The notes beneath the pieces are model-generated. The model saw only the letters and a program-made list of their open reading frames with translations, was not told the origin of the DNA and ran no database searches. The position numbers and the translations under genes are program-made. Of a DNA stretch of 64,000 nt, positions 35,314 through 47,543 are shown one piece after another; positions within the stretch are counted from its first letter, which is position 1, and every line of letters begins with the position of its first letter. This DNA comes from Macrostomum lignano (lineage: Eukaryota): assembly GCA_002269645.1 (NCBI GenBank), contig NIVC01001020.1, positions 1 to 64,000 of the forward strand, read 5' to 3'.

Positions 35314-35402
<89 letters not shown>

Positions 35403-35523
35403 GAATGTCTGTCTTAGTGTCTGTCTGTCTGTCTGTCTGTCAGTCTGTCTGAATGTCTGTCTTAGTGACTGTCTGTCTGTCTGTCTGTCTATCTGTCTGT
35501 CTGTCTGCCCGTCTGTCTGTCTG
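35235..35523. repeat. (GTCT)n microsatellite
   Basis: Direct run. Confidence 0.95.
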
Positions 35524-36049
35524 CAGTACCTATGGAATTTGATTGTAAACGAAAGGCATGAACAGAAACGATTGTGTTTGAGCCGAATTATTGCAATGAT
35601 GACTGATTTTTGTAACTTGCACTCTCAATCCATCACCACGTGTCAAAGTCGATCGCCTTAGATCAGTGCAGCTGCACTGCAAGCTGGAATCGAAAACAAA
35701 AATGAGCGCAAGATGAAGCGCAAACGGATTTAGCTGATGCAGGCTATTTGTGAACTTTTAGAGTGCAAGCAACACAGCTGGCGATGGCGATGCAAGCAAA
35801 ACACATTCCTGACATTCCTGACATTCCTGCTGCCGCAACCTGTCAGTCAGGCCAGCGCGCGCCTTTCAATGTGTGTTGATTCAGAAACCAGCATGCTGGG
35901 TATGAACTGAAAGCTGAGGTTAACTTATCTGGGTGCAATGCCGACAGAAACATACTGAGACCAAAGGTTAAAAGATGGACTGAGACAGATGCTGAGCTGA
36001 GTGAGAACGAAAAACAGACTGCGAAATAGACTGAAACACATTGAAAGAG

Positions 36050-37030
36050 TGTGGGACAGAGTGAGACAGAGTGAGACAGAGAGTGAGACGCACTAATACT
36101 GACTGAGACAGAGAGTGAGACAGACTGAGACAGATGAGACAAAGAGTGAGACAGACTGAGACAGATGAGACAGAGAGTGACAGACAGTGGGACAGTGAGT
36201 GAGACAGAGAGTGACAGACAGTGGGACAGTGAGTGAGACAGAGAGTGACAGACAGTAGGACAGTGAGTGAGACAGAGAGTGACAGACAGTGGGACAGTGA
36301 GTGAGACAGAGAGTGACAGACAGTAGGACAGTGAGTGAGACAGAGAGTGACAGACAGTGGGACAGTGAGTGAGACAGAGAGTGACAGACAGTAGGACAGT
36401 GAGTGAGACAGAGAGTGACAGACAGTAGGACAGTGAGTGAGACAGAGAGTGACAGACAGTGGGACAGTGAGTGAGACAGAGAGTGACAGACAGTCGGACA
36501 GTGAGTGAGACAGAGAGTGACAGACAGTCGGACAGTGAGTGAGACAGAGAGTGACAGACAGTCGGACAGTGAGTGAGACAGAGAGTGACAGACAGTAGGA
36601 CAGTGAGTGAGACAGAGAGTGACAGACAGTGGGACAGTGAGTGAGACAGAGAGTGACAGACAGTGGGACAGTGAGTGAGACAGAGAGTGACAGACAGTCG
36701 GACAGTGAGTGAGACAGAGAGTGACAGACAGTCGGACAGTGAGTGAGACAGAGAGTGACAGACAGTAGGACAGTGAGTGAGACAGAGAGTGACAGACAGT
36801 GGGACAGTGAGTGAGACAGAGAGTGACAGACAGTGAGACAGTGAGTGAGACAGAGAGTGACAGACAGTGGGACAGTGAGTGAGACAGAGAGTGACAGACA
36901 GTAGGACACATTTGAGACAGAGAGTGACAGACAGTGGGACAGTGAGTGAGACAGAGAGTGACAGACAGTCGGACAGTGAGTGAGACAGAGAGTGACAGAC
37001 AGTGGGACAATGAGTGAGACAGTGAGACCA
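36050..37030. repeat. 34-bp minisatellite (GAGACAGAGAGTGACAGACAGTGGGACAGTGAGT)
   Basis: Period 34. Confidence 0.95.
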
Positions 37031-37454
37031 TCTAACTGACAGACTGAACCGAACTGTACTTCGGTCGCCCGCTGCGAACTGGAGAGCGCAGAGTTCGCTC
37101 TGCAGTTCAGATGACAAAAAGCGATGCAAATCTGTGCAGAAACTGCCGCCCTTTGCCCCGACCGCCCCCCCCCCAGCAGCTCGGGCCAAAGATCAGCGAC
37201 CGCGCAATGGCGCCATGGGCGGTGCCAACCAGGTCGCTGCGATTAAACAATGTTTTAGCAGCTAGCCGACTTAATCCGGTCTCTGCATGCTGGGTCCCAC
37301 GGCTGCCAAAAATTTCTACAGCATTGCCACTAGTTGTGTTCAGTTTAATGCTTGGGGCCGAAAGCAGCCCTGGAAAGGATTGCGTAAGGAATTTAAGTGA
37401 CTGCGGATTGACTTCTGGATTCTGAGCTTCAGCGGCCTCGCTGGCTTGAGGTTA

Positions 37455-38505
37455 TGCTGTTTGAGATGATGCTGTTTGAGATGGTGCTGTTTGTGGTGGT
37501 GCTGTTTGAGATGATGCTGTTTGAGATGATGCTGTTTGAGGTGCTTCTGTTTGAGATGATGCTGTTTGAGGTGCTTCTGTTTGAGATGATGCTGTTTGAG
37601 ATGGGGCTGTTTGATATGGTGCTGTTTGAGTTGGTTCTGTTTGTGGTGGTGCTGTTTGAGATGATGCTGTTTGAGGTGGTGCTGTTTGAGTTGGTGCTGT
37701 TTGAGATGATGCTGTTTGAGATGGTGCTGTTTGAGATGATGCTGTTTGAGATGGTTCTGTGGTGGTGCTGTTTGAGATGATGCTGTTTGAGATGATGCTG
37801 TTTGAGTTGGTGCTGTTTGAGATGATGCTGTTTGAGATGGTGCTGTTTGAGATGGTGCTGTTTGAGATGATGCTGTTTGAGATGGTGCTGTTTGAGATGG
37901 TGCTGTTTGAGATGGTGCTGTTTGAGATGGTGCTGTTTGAGGTGGTTCTGTTTGAGATGGGGCTATTTGAGATGATGCTGTTTGAGATGATGCTGTTTGA
38001 GATGATGCTGTTTGAGATGATGCTGTTTGAGGTGGTTCTGTTTGAGATGGGGCTATTTGAGATGATGCTGTTTGAGATGATGCTGTTTGAGATGATGCTG
38101 TTTGAGGTGGTTCTGTTTGAGATGGTGCTATTTGAGATGGTGCTGTTTGAGGTGGTTCTGTTTGAGATGGTGCTGTTTGAGATGATGCTGTTTGAGATGA
38201 TGCTGTTTGAGATGATGCTGTTTGAGATGATGCTGTTTGAGATGATGCTGTTTGAGATGGTGCTGTTTGAGTTGGTGCTGTTTGAGATGGTGCTGTTTGA
38301 GATGGTGCTGTTTGAGGTGGTGCTGTTTGAGATGATGCTGTTTGAGATGATGCTGTTTGATATGGTGCTGTTTGAGTTGGTTCTGTTTGAGATGGTGCTG
38401 TTTGAGTTGGTGCTGTTTGAGATGATGCTGTTTGAGATGGTGCTGTTTGAGATGGTGCTGTTTGAGATGGTGCTGTTTGAGATGGTGCTGTTTGAGGTGG
38501 TGCTG
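37455..38505. repeat. 15-bp minisatellite (GATGRTGCTGTTTGA)
   Basis: Period 15; MLFEM, SNSII and SQTAP ORFs are translations of it. Confidence 0.95.
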
Positions 38506-39364
38506 CTAAGCGAGCAGTGACCTGCTACAGTCACCGGATGTAATAAAAGTCTGCCAGCACTTCAACTCTCAGTGTTGCATTTTTAGTAGGACTTTTTGCA
38601 TTTTTGTGTAAACAGGAAATCCAAAAGCCTTTGAAAAAGTTATTTTTTCGAAACTGTTTGAACAATCCTGAAGCGTTAGAAAACACCGCAATTTGTTAGA
38701 AGCAGTGACAATTTCTGCAGATCGTTTGAGTTTGATTGGGCATGACGCTGTTTGGTCGCGAGCCTCAGTGGCATCTGCACCGCAGTGACTTTATAGCCAA
38801 TCTAAATCTTATTCCCCCAATCCCCATGATTTGCACTTTTACCTCGCATTATGGCAATCGGGATGTGTTTTCGGCCTGGAATTTCTGCGAACTTCTTGGC
38901 ATTTTTTATGACCGCGCGGCCTACGGAAACATCGCTGGAATGCGCTGCCATGCGTCCCGGGAAACCGCAGCTTGCACTTTAACTGCAGTCACAGGCGTGT
39001 CAGTCACAAGAATCGAACCCTGGGATGCCCCCGATCAGCTGATTTAGAGGATCCGCATGGAGAGTTCTTAGAAAATTCGCTCCGTAGCGGCTGGCGCGAT
39101 ACCGAACTGCACCATTGGGCCCGGCGAACTCGCTGCGAACTTGCAGCAGCGCAGCGGGGGGGGGCAAACTGCGGCAAACATGCCGAGGAGGCGGGGTGGG
39201 CGGGCCGCACTCGGCGTCAACAGGTCGTTAAAAATTGTTATTTCATCGGGGAAGGGCGGGCGGAGCGGCGGACCTTTCGCTGGCCCGATAAAAACGCGAG
39301 GCAGCCCGCGCAGGGCCGGCATTTCCAAGATCGACCGCTGTCATCAATTCAGGCAACAGCGACG

Positions 39365-40368
39365 ATGAAGAAGCACCCGAGCCTTGGCGCAGTCTCCGCC
39401 TTCGCGGCGCTGCTGCTGCTGGTCTGCGCCAGCGTGTCACTGGCGAGCCGCTCCGAGCGCGACCTCAACAGCAGCGAGGCTGATCGGCGATTCTTTGAGC
39501 TGACGCCGCTGACTGCCGAGCAGCGGCTGCCGTCTGGCCGATCCGTCAGCCTGCGGGCGCACCGCCTGGTCCGCAGCGACCGCCGCCGGGTCTGGGCCAG
39601 CCTGGGCCGGCCGCGGCTCGTCCGCGGTGCCGACGGGAGGGTCTTCCGGCCGACAGCTGGCGGCGGCTTCACCGTCCGCCTGCTGCTGCGTCACCCGGCT
39701 GACGACGCGGCGCTGGTCTCGGCGGCCTCCTCGGCTGCGGAGTCGCCGGTGTCTGCCTGCCAGATCGTCCGGGTGTCGCCGACCCACCTGGCCTGCGCAG
39801 CCTCGCCCGAAGGCCGCGTCCAGCAGGTTCGCGGAGAAGTGGCCGCGGCGGACCTTCGGGCAGGCCGGGGGCGCCTGCCAGCCTCCGTCATGGTGCACTT
39901 CGGCGCCTTGGTCGGGCTCCGCAGCCCGCAAGCGCTGGAGGAGCTGCAGAGGCGGGGCAGGGTAACCTGCCGGCTGGCGGCGCTGCACCCAGCGGGATCC
40001 CGCGGGGCCGTCAAGAGGCTTGAAGTCCTGCTGGCCAGCACGGTCCAGCTGCGGGTGGAGGACGCGATCCAGCTGACCGGAGACCTCCTGCTGGCGGCCG
40101 TGGCGCCGACGCCGAGCTGCGGGCCGCACCTGCCGCGGATCGACCTGCTGGCGGTGTACAACTTCCGGTCGGGCCGGCGGGTGTCCAACCTGGCGCCAGG
40201 CGGTCGCGGCAGGTTCCAGGTGGTTGGCAGGGGCCGCGTGAGATTCACGGAAGAGGGCGCCGAGCTGCCCGGGGAGAGCTGGCTTCAGGTTGACACCGAG
40301 GGCGGAGCGCTGACAGGTTCGTGTCAGGGGATTTGGTCGGTTATGTAGTTAGTTAGTTAGTTAGTTAC

Positions 40369-40406
<38 letters not shown>

Positions 40407-40961
40407 CGTTAGTTAGTTAGTTACTTACTAATTTCGCCTCCTTCAGAGCACATGCGCTTCGGCAGCCGGTGGAGCGTGTTCTTCTTGTTCCGCACCAGCG
40501 GCAGCCACCGCAGGGCCAGCCTGTTCTCTCTGCATGCAAACAACAACCCGAAGGCCTGCTCAGCGCTGGCCTGGACCAGCGTCTCCAGAACGGGTCAGCA
40601 GGACTCGGTTTACACCCGGCTGCACAACCTGGCTGGCGGGTACGCCGTCGGCCAGGCCTCCCAGCCGCTGCTGGACCCGCGGCCCGGCGCCTGGAACCGC
40701 GTCGGCATCGCCACGGACTCCAGCGGCCACCAGACGGTGCACATCAACGGAGCCAGGGCGCCCGCTGCCGCGGTGTACCGATTCCGTGACAGACTGGCCA
40801 GCAGGCCGGAGCAGCGGGCGGCACTGCGGCACTCGCTGTCCATCGGGCTGGTGCGCGGCCCGGCGCAGGCGATGCAGGGCGCCTTCCGCTGCTTCGGCGT
40901 GGCCCGAGGGCAGCTCAGCGCCCGCCAGTTTCACGACGCGTTTGTCGCCTACTGTCAGTAG
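39365..40961 (+). CDS. Secreted protein with C-terminal LamG/concanavalin A-like jelly-roll domain, 2 exons, ~488 aa
   Basis: Signal peptide MKKHPSLGAVSAFAALLLLVCASVSLA. Exons 39365-40316 and 40447-40961 join in phase 1 (G|AG). LLAVYNF..RVSNLA..WLQV..WSVFFLFRT..WNRVGI..VHING..LSIG..MQGAFRCF follows the Laminin_G_3-type pattern. Confidence 0.72.
40345..40425. repeat. (TTAG)n microsatellite in the LamG-gene intron
   Basis: Direct run. Confidence 0.9.
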
Positions 40962-41669
40962 CGAGGATCGCTTGTTTGAACAAACCGATTTTAAGCAGCA
41001 CCATCTCAGGCCACTTGGTATCTGAGCGCCTGCACAGAGAGATGAAGTCATTTCGCACAAAACTCCATGGTTGCTACTTATCAGTAGGCGAACTACGAAA
41101 TTGAGCCTTATTGAGCGCTGCTATGGAGAGCCTTCAAGTTTGAGCATGCTTTTAATTAGATTTCCTGGTGAACTCATGATTCTGTATTATCAAATCCCTC
41201 TTTGCTTCATCTGCCTTAATTGCCATCGTTTTGTACGCACAACTGTACTGTAAAGGTGAAATAAAAAGCTGAAAATGAACCTTTTATGGTTATTGCCACA
41301 GGCATATAGAACCTATTTTTTTAAACGCATTCAATTTTTTAGCCCAGCTTGATCAAGAAAGCGGATTCGGCTGAAATCGGTATCTGAGTGTCTTAGTTGC
41401 CAGCTGTTTGCGGGTCGTTTTTCACATGACTCACTTCTAGCACCTGATCAACATGCAAGCACTCCTGGCTGGCAGACACTGGGAGTTCCAATGACTATCG
41501 ATAGTCAGGTGTCACGTGTAGCAGAGAGCCCTTAGCTTCATTTTTATTCTTAAGTAAAGCAAGGAGACAATTCTTATAAAGCAGATCGGTGTGGAAGAGG
41601 CACCTCGCCAATCTTGTCCATTTCTGGCAATCAGTTCGCGCAAGCGAAGAAATAACCATTTTGATAGAA

Positions 41670-42365
41670 TGGGAGTCATGGGGTCATGGGGTCATAGGGT
41701 CGTGGGGTCATAGGGTCATGGGGTCATGGGGTCATGGGGTCATGGGGTAATGGGGTCATGGGATCATAGGGTCATGGGGTCATAGGGTCATGGGGTCATA
41801 GGGTCATGGGGTAATGGGGTCATGGGGTCATGGGAACATGGGTGTCATAGGAGTGATGGGAGTCATGGGAGTCGGGGGGTCATAGGGGTCATGGGGTCAT
41901 GGGTGTCATTGAAGTCATGGGAGTAATGGGAGTCATGGGAGTCATAGAAGTCGGGAGGTCATAGGGTCATAAGAGTCATAGGAGTAATGGGAGTCATAGG
42001 AGTCGGGGAGGTCATAGGGGTCATGAGGTCATGGGGTCATGTGTCATGAGGTCATGAGGTCATGGGAGTCATGTGGTCATGAGGTCATGGGGTCATGGTG
42101 TTCATGGGAGTCACAGGAGTCGTGAAAGTCATGGGAGTCATTAGAGTCATGGGTCATGGGAGTCATTAGAGTCATGGGTCATGGGAGTTATGGGGGTCGT
42201 GGGAGTCTTGGGAGTCAGGGGGTCATAAGAGTAATGGGAGTCTTCGGAGTTGGGGAAGTCATAGGGGTCATGAGGGTCATGGAGGTCATGGGATTCGTGG
42301 AGGTCATAGCGGTCATTGGCGTTCTGGGTATATGGGGGGTCATGAGAGACAGGGAAGTCATGGGA
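41670..42365. repeat. Degenerate G-rich repeat (GGGGTCAT / GGGAGTCAT)
   Basis: 8-9-nt decaying periodicity. Confidence 0.85.
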
Positions 42366-42394
42366 GCTGCTGTGTTCAGCCTGTTTGATTAAGG

Positions 42395-42530
42395 TAAGAT
42401 TGGATTGGGGTGAGATAAGATTGGGGTGAGATTGGATTGGGGTGAGATTGGATTGGGGTGAGATTGGATTGGGGTGAGATTGGATTGGGTGGGATTAGAT
42501 TGGGATGAGATTTGATTGGGGTGAGATTAG
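42395..42530. repeat. (GGTGAGATTGGATTG)-type repeat, short version
   Basis: Followed by the same unique sequence (AGAGTTGCTCCCTGTTTTCC...) as the 45175..45848 array. Confidence 0.9.
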
Positions 42531-42812
42531 AGTTGCTCCCTGTTTTCCCAACTTTCGAATGCGATTCCGTGCAGAAGTTCTCTGGCAAAAAAGTAAAGCT
42601 CGGAGTCCATCGCGTCTGAATGCAGAGGGGATTTTGTTGTGTATTTTGATTATCAGTATCCAGCGCTTCATCTGACGGATTTCTTTGCGATGCAACAAAG
42701 TTATCGGTTTGAAAAATTTTTTAGGAAACCTCAAAGTTGTTTAGAAGCTGCTTGAGTGCTCGATTTTGCAAGTTGCAGCGGCGGCAACTTCCATGCCACA
42801 ACGCTGGTGCTG

Positions 42813-43837
42813 CTACAGAAGCAGCATCTCGATCTCCATCAATGAGTAGTAGTTGCCAAAAGGTAGCCTCCAAATGACTCCCTCTGCGTAGACACCTCCG
42901 ATAGCTTCAGATGAGTTCTTGTACTCTCCGTTCAGGTTGGAGCAGTGACAGTTGGTGAACCACCAGGCACCTATATAATCCGTTGCGCAGTTGCCAGTCC
43001 TGGTGTCGTGATCGGCGTCCTTCGTGGTGAACTGCATGCCGCTGTGACTTGTGAAGCAGTCGCCGATGCCGGCGCTGCCGGAGAAGCCGGACACGCTCAG
43101 CCGGTAGTTGTCCGACTCGGGACCCACGGAGAAGCTGGAGTACTCAGCCCAGTGCTCAGAGTCGTTCCACGCCTTCATCAGGATCCTCAGCTTCCGAGGA
43201 CCAGAAGCAGTGAGAGCGTGGAGAGAGTTCAGGCCTGGGAAGATGCGGACGTCATGGCGGTGTTTGTCATTGAAGTCCGAGTTGGAAAAGGAAGCGAATG
43301 GAGCAGATCTGGGATGCACTCACCGATCCAGTAGTTTCCGTCGGGTCCCTCGCCGAACTCGCTCTGGTACTGAGTCCAGTTGCGGTAAAAGTCCACTGAG
43401 CCGGACACCCTGTGCTGCACGGTGGTCCAGCAGTCACTGTGGGCTGTCTGGAAGGTGACACAGATGTGCTTACTCTGGGTTAAAGCGACCGTAACGCTGA
43501 CACATCTAACGGAGTGACTCACCCACACTCGCTGAGCTCCCTTGTTCGCATTGCGGCACTTCCTGCAGTGGCTCAGGCCCAGGCGACACCTGAAGAGAGT
43601 GCATAGGCTGGAGCTGGCGTTGAACGCCACCAGCTGCACAGCGGAGTCGCCGCTCGCTGAAATCGCGCAGTCGAACTCATTCCTAGCCGAACGCGACCTC
43701 ACGGCCTCGTAGTCGGAGAGGCTCTCGCGACTGGAATGCCACGTCTGCACGGAGGAGGCGGCTTCGGTCACGTGACGCGGGACTGCAGCGAGCAGCAGCA
43801 GCAGCAGAGCGACTTGACGAGCGGGTTGGAGCTGCAT
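42813..43837 (-). CDS. Fibrinogen-related protein (signal peptide, PAN/apple-like Cys segment, fibrinogen C domain), ~295 aa
   Basis: Exons 43837-43523, 43474-43324 and 43234-42813 are phase-consistent. Motifs QHRVSGSVDFYRNWTQYQSEFG..NYWIGLNSLH, AEYSSFSVG..NYRL, GMQFTTKDADHD, GAWWFTNCHCSNLNG. Confidence 0.9.
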
Positions 43838-45174
43838 TTGCTCAGAATGTGGAGTAGTGGCTGAAAGCCGTCACCTCACTGCGGATTTCCCCTGCTGATT
43901 TTCAGTTAAAATCGTTTTCGGAGGGAGACAGTGGATGTAGAGGTGCTCAACACTTAGCAACTATCTTGACTCTGCTGTGATATCTCGGATTTCGCAAAAT
44001 TCAGCCCACAGTCGCGGAGGCAGACGCTGCAAGCCAATATAAAAGCCCTGAGGCAGAAATCCTGCTTTTACTTCGGTCGCCATGGTAACCAGGCAGCTCT
44101 AACTTTCAACAGAGGGTGCCTCTCTCAGAGGCAGTGAGCCTTGAAACCGACTGCAGCTCATTGAACTCAGGCAGGCTGCATTCGAAGGCGCTGAGTCCGG
44201 CAGTTGGTTGCTGTTGTTTCACAGAGTTGCTGCATGCAGGCCCAACCCACCATGCAGGTCCAGCATGGATGGATGATGCAGAAGCATGGGACAATACAAG
44301 GCCAGAACAATCGAGCTTTATCCATATTCATTCATCCATGGGCCTCTCTCAAACAGCTGGCTCCAAACAGCCGCCCCCGGGGCAGCGTCTCGGTCCGGTG
44401 CACAGAGCAGTTGAAGCTGCCTGCGCTCCCGCAGGCTGCATGCAAAATCAAGGAAAAGTGAAAGCAGAGCCGGCAGCACCGCGTCTCCCCCCCCCCTCAT
44501 AGAACTCGCTTTATGCTTCAGTCCGCTGCTTAGAATTCTGCCAGTAGCCGTATCTGCCGCTGGGGAGGCAACAAAATGGAATAAAAAGTTCTGAATAAAA
44601 ACTTAACGAGTAAAAGCTGTGTTGTTGTTGTTGACATTGTGGCTGGCAGAAATTGTCGGTGAGGGATTCTCCATTTTAGAAAAATGAGTCATTTTTGTAG
44701 TCGTTGGTACATTTGGAGGGAGAGAGGAGATGGGAGCTAGTGGGAGAAGAGGGCGGTGCATAGGGTGGAGGCCCAGCTTATGCTCCGTGCTCAACAGACT
44801 GACCAGCTAAGTAGACTCTGTCGTTATCTCGCAGCATTCGAAACACTCAGTCCGCAGTCACAGCGGTCGCCATGGCAACCAGGCAGCTCTATCTCAGGCG
44901 CTGAGTCCGGCTTAGATAGCTGAGGCACAGCTGATGGCGGCAACCCACCGCAAAATCCTCCTCCCTCCCTGCAGAATGTTTATGCAGCCTGTGACACCGG
45001 GAGGCAGGGATAAAAACTAGAAACTGGATAAGAGGTCACCTTTTGGTTAGAAACCAAAGGTCTGCCCATATTGCGATGTCTTCCCCATCTTCCCTGTGTG
45101 ACCAGGCTCAGCAATTGAACAGATCAAGACTGCGCTTGCAAGCGTGCCCTAAACTCCCATTGGAAATTGGAAGA

Positions 45175-45848
45175 TTGGATTGGGGTGAAATTGGATTGGT
45201 GTGAGATTGGATTGGGTGAGATTGGATTGGGTAGGGATTGAATTGGTGTGAGATTGGATTGGGGTGAGATTGGATTTGGGTGAGATTGGATTGGGGTGAG
45301 ATTGGATTTGGGTGAGATTGGATTGGGTGAGATTGGATTGGGTGAGATTGGATTGGGTGAGATTGGATTGGGTGAGATTGGATTGGGTGAGATTGGATTG
45401 GGTGAGATTGGATTGGGTGAGATTGGATTGGGTGAGATTGGATTGGGTAGGGATTGGATTGGGTGAGATTGGATTGGGGGAGATTGGATTGGGTGAGATT
45501 GGATTGGGGTGAAATTGGATTGGGGTGAAATTGGATTGGGGTGAGATTGGATTGGTGTGATATTGGATTGGGATGAGATTGGATTGGGGTGGGATTGGAT
45601 TAGGTAGGGATTGGATTGGGTGAGATTGGATTGGGTGAGATTGGATTGGGTAGGGATTGAATTGGTGTGAGATCGGATTGGGGTGGGATTGGATTGGTGT
45701 GAGATTAGATTGGGATGAGATTGGATTGGGTGAGATTGGATTTGGGTGAAATTGGATTGGGGTGAGATTGGATTGATGTGAGATTGGATTTGGGTGAGAT
45801 TAGATTGGGATGAGATTGGATTGGGATGAGATTGGATTGGGTGAGATT
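45175..45848. repeat. (GGTGAGATTGGATTG)-type repeat, expanded version
   Basis: 14-15-nt periodicity; paralogous position to 42395..42530. Confidence 0.92.
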
Positions 45849-46060
45849 AGAGTTGCTCCCTGTTTTCCCAACTTTCGAATGCGATTCCGTGCAGAAGTTC
45901 TCTGGCAAAAAAGTAAAGCTCGGAGTCCATCGCGTCTGAATGCAGAGGGGATTTTATTGTGTATTCTCATCATCAGTATCGAGCGCGTCGTCTGTCGGAG
46001 TTCTTTGCGGTGCAACAAAATTATCAGTTTGGACAAATTTTTAGGAAGCGTCAAAGTTGT

Positions 46061-47543
46061 TTAGAAGCTGCTTGAGTGCTCGATTTTGCAAGTTGCATCG
46101 GTGGCAACTTCCATTCCACAACGCTGGTGCTGTAACAGAAGCAGCTTCTCGATCTCCTTCAGCGAGTAGTGGAAACCGAAACTGAAACTCCAAATAACTG
46201 CTTGTGCATGAGCACCTCCGATGGCATTAGATGAGTTCTTGTACTCTCCGTTCAGGTGGGCCGATTTCATAAAAAAACTACAAGTGACAAGTGACAAGTC
46301 GACAAATGACAAGTGACAAGTGCCAAGCGTCAACGATTTTGGTTTCATAAACATCACGCGTTACTAGTGTTAAAAATTAACTCGTTCTTTAAAAACTCTT
46401 TGTAAAGTGTAAAAACTAATAATTGTGCAAGAAAGTTAACGATAGTTCGCCTTGTTGCTGTTTTTGGTTGTAATAAACGTTCTAAACTAAATATAAATTA
46501 ACAGTAACAATTAAATAACTAATTAACGTAGTTACGTTACGATACTAGCTATACAGCTTCGGGTGTAGTGTTATTAGTGTTAAATTAGTTCATTGAAAGA
46601 ACTGAACCAGTCGGTGACGAGGGTCATTCTGCAGCAGTAGCAGATCCCCGTCGTTTCCGTCCCCAGGTTGATTCGTTCATTAAAAACTCTTTGCGCAGGT
46701 CCTAGAGCCACTAGGAGTTCTTCGTCTTCGCTATCGGACATGCAAAGATAAAACATTAGAAAACGATTTGATAAAAGCTACAAGTGTCACATGCAGCGAC
46801 TTGTCAAAAACACATGACAAGAGGAAGTATTTTTACACAGAAGCATCCAGCTTAGTGCATGTCTATGGACGAAACCCCCGAAGAAGCGCTTGTAATTTGT
46901 CAAATTTCGCTAGTCACTTGTCCCTTGTAACTTGTCGATTTGTCAAGTTGTAGCTTGTTTTTATGAACGCATTATTTTTTGGAATTGTCACTTGTCACCT
47001 GTAATTGTCCGACAAGTGCTTCATGAAATAGGCCCCTGGTAAACCACCAGGCACCTTTATGACTTGTTGCGCAGTTGCCAGTGCTGGTGTCGTGATGGCG
47101 TCCTTCGTGCTGAACTGCATACCGTTGTTTTGGTCGAGGCAGTCGCCGACCCACGGAGAAGCTGGAATACTCAGCCCAGTGCTCAGAGTCGTTCCACGCC
47201 TTCATCAGGATCCTCAGCTTCCGAGGACCAGAAGCAGTGAGAGCGTGGAGAGAGTTCAGGCCTGGGAAGATGCGGACGTCATGGCGGTGTTTGTCATTGA
47301 AGTCCGAGTTGGAAAGGAAGCGAATGGAGCAGATCTGGGATACACTCACCGATCCAGTAGTGAAAGCGCGCAGTCGAACTCATTCCGAGCCGAACGCGAC
47401 CTCACGGCCTCGCAGTCGGAGGCTCTCGCGACTGGAATGCCACGTCTGCACTGCACGGAGGAAGCGGCTTCGGTCACGTGATGCGGGACTGCAGCGAGCA
47501 GCAGCAGCAGCAGAGCGACTTGACGAGCGGGTTGGAGCTGCAT
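46061..47543 (-). pseudogene. Decayed duplicate of the fibrinogen-related gene
   Basis: Same start (MQLQPARQVALLLL). Has a 5-nt duplication and 2-nt deletion, loss of ~340 bp after FDCA, a deletion after FSVG, a ~780-bp insertion between WWFT and LNGEY, and loss of the original stop. Confidence 0.85.
46258..47035. mobile_element. Non-autonomous DNA transposon (MITE-like) with GGGCC(G/T)ATTTCAT terminal inverted repeats
   Basis: Left GGGCCGATTTCATAAA, right TTCATGAAATAGGCCC; oppositely oriented subterminal ACAAGTG/CACTTGT arrays; absent from the intact paralog; no ORF. Confidence 0.75.

Noticed and set aside
38972-39364. N-terminal 131 aa of ORF 38972..40348
   Set aside because: Non-ATG start; the signal peptide begins at the ATG at 39365.
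40345-40425. (TTAG)n as telomeric repeat
   Set aside because: Not TTAGGG or TTAGG; short and intronic.
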